The position numbers were made by a program, and so were the translations under genes. Positions 57,937 through 64,000 of a DNA stretch of 64,000 nucleotides are shown piece by piece; the first letter of the stretch is position 1; the number at the start of each line of letters is the position of its first letter. Below the pieces are notes generated by a model that was given only the letters and a program-made list of their open reading frames with translations, ran no database searches and was not told where the DNA came from. This stretch comes from Solirubrobacterales bacterium (GTDB lineage: Bacteria; Actinomycetota; Thermoleophilia; Solirubrobacterales; JBBDJG01), in NCBI GenBank assembly GCA_040880005.1, contig JBBDJG010000026.1, positions 3,432-67,431 of the forward strand, in the 5' to 3' direction.

Positions 57937-58523
57937 CGGCCTTCCACCAGCTTCTCGACGTATTTGGCAATCACGTCCACCTCAAGGTTAACCCGCGTAC
58001 CGGGTTGCGCGCCCGCAAACGTCGTACGCTGGAGCGTTTCCGGCACCAGCGACACCCAAAAGCCCTCCTGGTCCACTGCGGTCGCCGTGAGGCTGACCCC
58101 GTCCACTGTCACCGATCCCTTGTCAACCACGTAGCGCAGCAAGTCCGGAGGGGTCGCAAACTTCAGGTCGCGGCCGAGCCCGTCTTCACGCATCTCGATC
58201 ACGACGCCGACGCCGTCGACGTGTCCCTGAACGACATGGCCACCGAGGCGACCCCCAACCATCAGTGGCAGTTCGAGGTTGACCTCGGCACCCAGCTCGA
58301 GCCCGCCCAGCGTGGTGCGTGCCAGCGTCTCCTTGCTGAGATCGGCGCCCAAGCTGGAATCGGAGGGGTCGATCGCCGTCAGGCAGACACCGTTCACCAT
58401 CACCGACTCGCCGGAGCGCACCTCATCGGCCAGCTCGCTCCCGATCTTCAGGCGAGCGCCACCCCCCGGCTGCTGTTCGATCGCCGCCACACGGCCCACG
58501 GCTTGCACCAATCCCGTGAACAT
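57933..58523 (-). CDS. ribE: riboflavin synthase alpha chain
   Basis: 196 aa starting [12 protein letters not shown], with duplicated lumazine-binding repeats. Confidence 0.9.
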   Translation of the reverse strand: MFTGLVQAVGRVAAIEQQPGGGARLKIGSELADEVRSGESVMVNGVCLTAIDPSDSSLGADLSKETLARTTLGGLELGAEVNLELPLMVGGRLGGHVVQGHVDGVGVVIEMREDGLGRDLKFATPPDLLRYVVDKGSVTVDGVSLTATAVDQEGFWVSLVPETLQRTTFAGAQPGTRVNLEVDVIAKYVEKLVEGR

Positions 58524-58531
58524 TCAGTCGC

Positions 58532-59695
58532 CTACCACTCCCGCAGTCGCGCCTCGATCAGCACGTCCTCTCCGACCATGCGCGAGTCGAGCCAGACCGC
58601 GCGTTGCGCCTCGGCGATCGAGTCGCTGCCCTCGCCCTCGAAGGGAACGCGAGCCGCACGACCACCGAGAGCGAACGGGGCGACGAAGATACGCATCTCG
58701 TCAACTTCGCCCGCGTCGAGGAAAGAGCCCGCCAACCTCGGCCCGCCCTCCAACAGCACGCTCTGCACTCCGGTCTCACCAAGCTTCTCGAGCGCATCGA
58801 TCACGCGCTCGACCTCGGTTCCTCCGGCGGCCGCCGTGACGTCCGCACCGGCAGCCCGCAGCGCCTCGCAGCGGGCGCGTTCGGACGCACGCGACACGAT
58901 CACGGTCAGCGGCACCTCGGGCGCCGTCTTGACCAGGTTGCTGTCGAGCGGCAGACGCGCCTGCGAGTCGAACACGATTCGCCGCGGCTGGCGGCCGGCC
59001 GGATCGGCTCGCGCCGTCAGCAGTGGATTGTCCGCAAGCGCGGTACCGATTCCGATGCACACGGCATCGACCTCCGAGCGCCAACGGTGCACAAGTTGGC
59101 GGCTCTCCTGGCCCGAAATCCACTTCGAGTCTCCGGTTTGCGTCGCGACCTTGCCGTCGAGACTCATGGCCGACTTGAACTGCACGTGCGGCTTGCCCGT
59201 GCGCGCGTGTTTGCGAAACGGCTGGTTCAGCAGCCGGGCGGCATGTGCGTGCGTGCCGTCCACGGTCGTGATCGCGACCCCCTCGTCCCGCAGGATTCCC
59301 AACCCGCGGCCAGCGGCTTTCTCGGTCGGATCCTCGGACGCGACAACGACGCGCTTGATTCCTGCTTCGAGAATCGCCGCCGTGCATGGCGGCGTCTTAC
59401 CTTGGTGGCAGCAGGGCTCGAGCGTCACGTACATGGTCGCGCCCTTCGGGTCCTCCGAGCACGAGGCGATCGCAGCCACCTCGGCGTGCGGGCCACCGTA
59501 CGCAGCGTGGTAGCCCTCCCCCAGCACGGTGTCGTCGCGTGCGATCACCGCGCCAACGAGCGGGTTGGGGCTCGTGTGCCCGTGCCCCTGCCCTGCAAGC
59601 TCGATCGCCCTGTCTATGTAGTGCAAATCCCGTTCGTTCACTTGCGTGGCCCGTCGCACTTGGTGCGTGGGTGTGCTCTTGCTCGTTACCTGCAA
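58532..59695 (-). CDS. ribD: bifunctional diaminohydroxyphosphoribosylaminopyrimidine deaminase / 5-amino-6-(5-phosphoribosylamino)uracil reductase
   Basis: Motifs: SPNPLVGAVI, HAEVAAI and LEPCCHQGKTPPC. An alternative GTG start lies at 59641. Confidence 0.9.
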   Translation of the reverse strand: MQVTSKSTPTHQVRRATQVNERDLHYIDRAIELAGQGHGHTSPNPLVGAVIARDDTVLGEGYHAAYGGPHAEVAAIASCSEDPKGATMYVTLEPCCHQGKTPPCTAAILEAGIKRVVVASEDPTEKAAGRGLGILRDEGVAITTVDGTHAHAARLLNQPFRKHARTGKPHVQFKSAMSLDGKVATQTGDSKWISGQESRQLVHRWRSEVDAVCIGIGTALADNPLLTARADPAGRQPRRIVFDSQARLPLDSNLVKTAPEVPLTVIVSRASERARCEALRAAGADVTAAAGGTEVERVIDALEKLGETGVQSVLLEGGPRLAGSFLDAGEVDEMRIFVAPFALGGRAARVPFEGEGSDSIAEAQRAVWLDSRMVGEDVLIEARLREW

Positions 59696-59701
59696 GCGAT
59701 T

Positions 59702-61513
59702 CTACCGTGGCGGGTTCCGCTTCCCGGCGCAGTCGCCTCCGCGCAGCCTGTATGCGATCAGCGTCGGACCGGGGCGCTCGTACGCGAACGGGTAGTAGTC
59801 GAAGCTCCAATCGAAGTTGAAGTGCGATGGCTTGCTTCCCTGCCTGAACGGACTCACCCTCTCGACCACGTCGCCCCGTCTTGACAGCTCGCGGTAATAG
59901 GCAATCGCGCCCGGAGCTTCCTCCGGCGAAACGAACGAACGCCCGTACTGCGTGGAGCCGATCACGACCCAGCAGAACCCGCCCCGCTCGTAGGAGTCGA
60001 TCAGTTCCGGGCGCAGGACCCGCTGGTAGTCCTCCGGCGTGACGGTCCGGCCCACGCCTCCGCGCCTGGGGCGCCCGCTGTTGTCGAGCATCGAACGCCC
60101 GGTCGGAAGCTTGACCCAGCGCCTCCCCGAAGACGACACCGGCGGCGGCCTGCCCGCGTCGGTGAACCACGCGTCGGGCACCACCGGCTCGACCACCACC
60201 TTGGAGTTCGGCGGCACGACCCGGACCATCCGCTGCCGCAACACGTTGCGCGTGTCGTCGCGTGCGAGCACACGATCGACGTGGATGCTGCGCACGAGGC
60301 CCTGCGCAACAAGCGCGATCGCCAACGCCGAGACGAGCGCCGTGCGGGATCGCTGGCCCGACGTGGCAAGCTCGGCGACTCGCACAGCGGCGAGCGCGGC
60401 GAGGATCGCGAGAGCCGGCAGGGCCGGAATCAGCCAGCGACCGAAGTAGCGTCCCTGAAGCCCGAGGAAGAGGATCACCACGACCGGCCACGGGACGAGC
60501 AGCGCGGCGCGCCAGCGGTCCTCCTTGAGCGCGAACAGAGCGCCGGCCAGCGCACCCAGCGCTGGCAGCCAGCCAAGCCCCCACGTCAAGGTCCACAGGT
60601 AATAGACGACCCCCGAGTCCTGATCGAGGCCGAGCTTGCCGAAGTCGGACTCGCTCTCCTGCGTACGCAGCCCTTCCTGGAACTCGTCGAACGACAGCAC
60701 GAAATGAGGGTTGGCGACCACGAACGCCGCAACCGCCGCCAAGGCTGCGACCGCGACCACACGTGCGATCCGCAGCGTTTCCCCGCGCTGCGCACCCGCG
60801 AGCCTGTATACGATCGCCGCCGCGAGCGGCAGCAGCGCTATGGCGGCCGTGTACTTGGTCGCGGCGGCGAATCCCAGAGCGACCGCCGCGAGAAGGTAGT
60901 CGGACGTGCGGCCACGAGTCAACACGCCGGCGCTGCCGTAAATCGACACCGTCAGCGGCAGCAGCGCCGGAACGTCGTTGAGCGCCAGGTGAGAGTAGAA
61001 GACCGGCAGGAAGGCGACCGCCATCAGCGCCGCGGCGATCAGTCCGACGCGGCGATCGTAGAGACGCTTGCCGATCAGATAGACAACCGCGACCGTCGCG
61101 GTTCCGAGCACGGCGCTCGTCATGCGCGCGACGACGAAGACCGAGGTCGGATCGACCGCGTACGCATGAGCTACGTCATGGCCTGCGCCGAATGGCCACC
61201 CGCCGCCGTACCAGAACGCCAGCACCACATGGAGCAGATACGAGAACGCCGGAGGGTTGACGAAGTAGTGCGGGTTCAGTGAGTCGGTGAAGAAGAAGCT
61301 GAGGGCACTTGGCACGAAGTTGGACGCCTCGTCCACGTTGTAGACGTAGGGCAGCCCCTGCTTGATCCCCCACACGCGCAACACGAACGCCAGCGCCAGC
61401 ACGGCCACAAGACCGAGCGTCCACCCGTACCGGGAATGACGGGGGGGCTCCGCCCCCCTCGACCCACCGTCATGTGCGAGCGTCGTCCTACGGACGCCGC
61501 CAAGCCTATGCAT
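59702..61513 (-). CDS. GT-C fold membrane glycosyltransferase (ArnT/PMT, GT39/GT83-like)
   Basis: Track ORF 59702..61675 trimmed to ATG 61513, which overlaps the upstream stop by 8 nt. It is polytopic, with a DE motif in the first loop (LPYVYNVDEASNF), and has a ~200-aa soluble C-terminal domain. Confidence 0.7.
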   Translation of the reverse strand: MHRLGGVRRTTLAHDGGSRGAEPPRHSRYGWTLGLVAVLALAFVLRVWGIKQGLPYVYNVDEASNFVPSALSFFFTDSLNPHYFVNPPAFSYLLHVVLAFWYGGGWPFGAGHDVAHAYAVDPTSVFVVARMTSAVLGTATVAVVYLIGKRLYDRRVGLIAAALMAVAFLPVFYSHLALNDVPALLPLTVSIYGSAGVLTRGRTSDYLLAAVALGFAAATKYTAAIALLPLAAAIVYRLAGAQRGETLRIARVVAVAALAAVAAFVVANPHFVLSFDEFQEGLRTQESESDFGKLGLDQDSGVVYYLWTLTWGLGWLPALGALAGALFALKEDRWRAALLVPWPVVVILFLGLQGRYFGRWLIPALPALAILAALAAVRVAELATSGQRSRTALVSALAIALVAQGLVRSIHVDRVLARDDTRNVLRQRMVRVVPPNSKVVVEPVVPDAWFTDAGRPPPVSSSGRRWVKLPTGRSMLDNSGRPRRGGVGRTVTPEDYQRVLRPELIDSYERGGFCWVVIGSTQYGRSFVSPEEAPGAIAYYRELSRRGDVVERVSPFRQGSKPSHFNFDWSFDYYPFAYERPGPTLIAYRLRGGDCAGKRNPPR

Positions 61514-63023
61514 GTCCCGGCGGGCAGCGCACATAAGCTGCGAAGTAGCGATCGTCTGCCACCTTTGTGAAGCCGCGCGCCGGGACCTGTGCGATCGCGT
61601 CGGTGGAGACAGCAAATCCCGTGCGCAACACGTTCGTCCGTCCAACCGGGAACAACGCCACGCCGTAGCGCACACGCCGCTGGACCGAGGACGAATCGTC
61701 GGAGCGCGCGAGCACCTCGCTCTCGGGAAGATCGAGGACCCAGCGCACGTCGGGAATCAACTTGTGGGTCGGGACCGAAAGCGGACCGCAGCGCAAGCCA
61801 TCCTCCACAGCGGGCTGATCGAGAATTCGGCGCAGACTCTCATGCGAGCTGCCACGGAACACGAGCTCGTTGTTGAGCCGAGTGGGCAAGGGCGGGTAGA
61901 CAGCCGTGTATGCAAGACCGACGAGCACGATCGCCGTGGCGCCCCATGCCCAGTATCCATGCAAGCGCTCCCCGCGCCGGATCATCGTGAAACCGGCAAC
62001 CAAGACGGCGGCGAACAGCGACCACATCACCGACGGCACGAGCAGATAGCGCGGAATCACCGACAGGCCGGCGAGCCCTGTGCCCAGGAACGTGAGCACG
62101 CCGGACAGGAACAGCGCCAATGGGATCACGCTGCGCGTCGGGAAGCGGTAGAGCGCGACGACCAGGCCTGCCAGGCCCGCGAAGAAGACCGGGGTCTTGA
62201 CAATGCCACGCAGGAGCTGTGGAAGCGCCGTGATCACGTCGCCGCCCGACCTGGTGCGCTGCAGCTCGGTCGCCAGATCCTGGGTCGAGGTCAGGGAGAA
62301 GAGCAGCTTGCCCGTCACCACGTAGTCGGTCGCCACCCAGCCGAGCGGCGCGGCGGCGGCGAGGGCCGCGTACTTGAAGCGCTCGGGCCAGGTCGCATGC
62401 CAGCTCATCCAGAGGAAGTAAACGCCCGCCAGTAGCCAAGCCTCGGGACGCATCAGCCCGGCCGCCACCAACAGCAGGAACACGGGTGTCCCTCGCTTCG
62501 GCTTCGCCGCCTCCAAGGCTCCAGCCCAGGTGACGGTCGCCATGAAGGGAATGTCGATGTATCCGCGGGCCGCGAGCGAACCGAAATCCAGCCGCGTCAG
62601 TATCAGGAAGGCGGCCACAAAGCCGACCGCAGGCGTGTAGCACAGCCGTCCGAGCCGATATGCACCGGCAATCAACGCCAAGAACGACATCACGGTGAAC
62701 AACACGAGCACTCGGTCGCCGTGCTCTCCAAAAAGTGACATCAAGGCACCGAGCACCACCCACAACGGATGCTCCGTGGGAGCACGATAGGCCTCGAAGC
62801 TGGGCAAATCGCCGCGCAGGATCTCCTGTCCCCATATGAGCGCGTAGTAGCTGTCGTAGTTCGGATACGTGACGCGAGCGAAGAACCCGACCAAGGCGAG
62901 CACGGTCAGGCCGGCCAGACACCACAGCGCGGCCGTGTCAGCCGGCACGCCGCGCAGGCGCGTCAGCATGCGGCGCGGGCCCTCGAGGCCCGGCATCGGT
63001 CGCTGCGCGGTTGCTGTGTCCAT
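61506..63023 (-). CDS. polytopic membrane protein, probable second GT-C type glycosyltransferase
   Basis: 505 aa with at least 10 hydrophobic helices and a first-loop motif YPNYDSYYALIWG. It is translationally coupled to the downstream GT-C gene. Confidence 0.5.
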   Translation of the reverse strand: MDTATAQRPMPGLEGPRRMLTRLRGVPADTAALWCLAGLTVLALVGFFARVTYPNYDSYYALIWGQEILRGDLPSFEAYRAPTEHPLWVVLGALMSLFGEHGDRVLVLFTVMSFLALIAGAYRLGRLCYTPAVGFVAAFLILTRLDFGSLAARGYIDIPFMATVTWAGALEAAKPKRGTPVFLLLVAAGLMRPEAWLLAGVYFLWMSWHATWPERFKYAALAAAAPLGWVATDYVVTGKLLFSLTSTQDLATELQRTRSGGDVITALPQLLRGIVKTPVFFAGLAGLVVALYRFPTRSVIPLALFLSGVLTFLGTGLAGLSVIPRYLLVPSVMWSLFAAVLVAGFTMIRRGERLHGYWAWGATAIVLVGLAYTAVYPPLPTRLNNELVFRGSSHESLRRILDQPAVEDGLRCGPLSVPTHKLIPDVRWVLDLPESEVLARSDDSSSVQRRVRYGVALFPVGRTNVLRTGFAVSTDAIAQVPARGFTKVADDRYFAAYVRCPPGHA

Positions 63024-63118
63024 CTGGTGCAGAGGCCTGTGCGATTGGGCCGCGGGCGGTTCGGGCCGGTTCGACGTGGGACTATAGGGGGCGGCGAGCC
63101 CCCCGTTATTCTTGCGGC

Positions 63119-64000
63119 ATCAAGAAGCTGATCATCCAGATTCCCTGCCTCAATGAAGAGGAGGCGCTGCCGGTAACGCTGGCCGACCTGCCGCGCGCGG
63201 TCGAAGGCTTCGACAGAGTCGAGTGGCTCGTGATCGACGACGGCTCGACCGACCGCACCGTGGAAGTCGCGCGCGAGCACGGTGTCGAGCACATCGTCCG
63301 TCTGACCAACAACAAGGGCCTGGCCCAGAGCTTTCAGGCAGGTATGGACGCATGCCTGAAGCTGGGCGCGGACGTGATCGTCAATACCGACGCTGACAAC
63401 CAGTACTATGGCGGTGACATCCCGAAGTTGGTCGCGCCGATCTTGCTGGGCGAGGCCGACATGGTGGTCGGCGATCGCGAGGTGCACACGATCGAGCACT
63501 TCTCGCCGCTGAAGAAGTTGCTGCAGCGGCTCGGCAGCTGGGTGGTGCGCCGCGCCTCGAACACGAGCGTTCCGGACACGACCTCCGGCTTTCGCGCTTA
63601 CAACCGTGAGGCCGCGTTGCAGGTTCAGGTCGTGTCGGGTTTCACGTACACGCTCGAAAGCGTCATCCAGGCGGGCAAGATGCTGGTCGCGATCGACCAC
63701 GTGCCGATCCGGACCAACCCGCAGCTGCGCGAGTCGCGCCTCTTCAAGTCGATCGGGTCATACGTGCGCACCAACGCCGCGGCGATATTCCGCATCTACA
63801 CCCGCTACGAGCCATTGCGCGTTTTTCTCGTGGCGGCGGCGCTCGTCGCGATCCCCGCGGTTGTCGTGTGGGTCCGGTTCCTGGTCTTCGTGATCCAGGG
63901 CAACAGCACGGGGCACGTCCAATCGCTGATCATGGGCTCGATGCTGTTCATCGTGGCGGTTCAGCTCGCCGCGCTTGGGGTGATCGGTGATCTTCTGGCC
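63119..64000 (+). CDS. GT2 family glycosyltransferase, polyprenol-phosphate sugar synthase-like (3' end beyond the window)
   Basis: Absent from the track because it is open at the window end. My translation: IKKLIIQIPCLNEEEALPVTLADLP...WLVIDDGSTDRT...NTDADNQYYGGDI...TTSGFRAYNREA..., followed by C-terminal TM helices (LRVFLVAAALVAIPAVVVWV). No canonical start codon lies just upstream, and the first recognisable codon is ATC at 63119. Confidence 0.8.
   Translation, partial: MKKLIIQIPCLNEEEALPVTLADLPRAVEGFDRVEWLVIDDGSTDRTVEVAREHGVEHIVRLTNNKGLAQSFQAGMDACLKLGADVIVNTDADNQYYGGDIPKLVAPILLGEADMVVGDREVHTIEHFSPLKKLLQRLGSWVVRRASNTSVPDTTSGFRAYNREAALQVQVVSGFTYTLESVIQAGKMLVAIDHVPIRTNPQLRESRLFKSIGSYVRTNAAAIFRIYTRYEPLRVFLVAAALVAIPAVVVWVRFLVFVIQGNSTGHVQSLIMGSMLFIVAVQLAALGVIGDLLA

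Noticed and set aside
59642-59701. An FMN riboswitch upstream of ribD.
   Set aside because: Only 6 to 60 nt separate ribD from the upstream gene's stop, depending on the start chosen. That is too short for an FMN element, and I saw no conserved FMN-box sequence.

Overview
This is a 64-kb, visibly very high-GC, Actinomycetota-type chromosomal window, and nearly all convincing genes are on the minus strand. All calls were made by eye from the sequence and the ORF track; no searches were run, and start codons marked uncertain are my best reading.

(1) 1-9437 is accessory DNA.
- Island A runs from the left window edge to 8009. It encodes a tyrosine integrase, small Zn-ribbon proteins, terminase large and small subunits, an Xis-like HTH protein, an iteron-rich putative replication origin and an SF3-helicase-type Rep. 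I recognise no virion structural genes, so it looks satellite-like.
- Island A ends at a 46-bp perfect (53-bp extended) repeat that resembles the anticodon-loop-to-3'-end part of a tRNA-Gly(GCC).
- A second copy of that repeat lies exactly 1344 bp to the right, followed by a 13-bp third fragment. The first two copies bracket a remnant islet B that carries one secreted protein. This suggests serial integrations at one tRNA locus; the intact tRNA is predicted just left of the window.

(2) 9462-64000 is conserved housekeeping DNA.
- It starts with a lipid-related operon (SRPBCC, acyltransferase, SCP2-hydrolase), an orphan PAS histidine kinase, a hisC-like gene, RNase H, an EF-G paralog and a FliA/WhiG sigma factor.
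- Next come xerC, an L,D-transpeptidase, ilvD, thiD, dprA, comM and yraN (locally inverted).
- The block rnhB-lepB-rplS-trmD-rimM-KH-rpsP follows, then an FG-GAP secreted protein, ffh, a sulfite/nitrite reductase and a truncated SDR fragment.
- The block ftsY-smc-rnc-acpP-plsX-rpmF-yceD follows, then an ABC-2 exporter, coaD, rsmD, recG, a DAK2 protein, rpmB and ribH-ribBA-ribE-ribD.
- The window ends with a glycosylation module of two GT-C membrane glycosyltransferases and a divergent GT2.

The many long Arg/Ala/Pro-rich ORFs in the track are shadow ORFs of the real genes.
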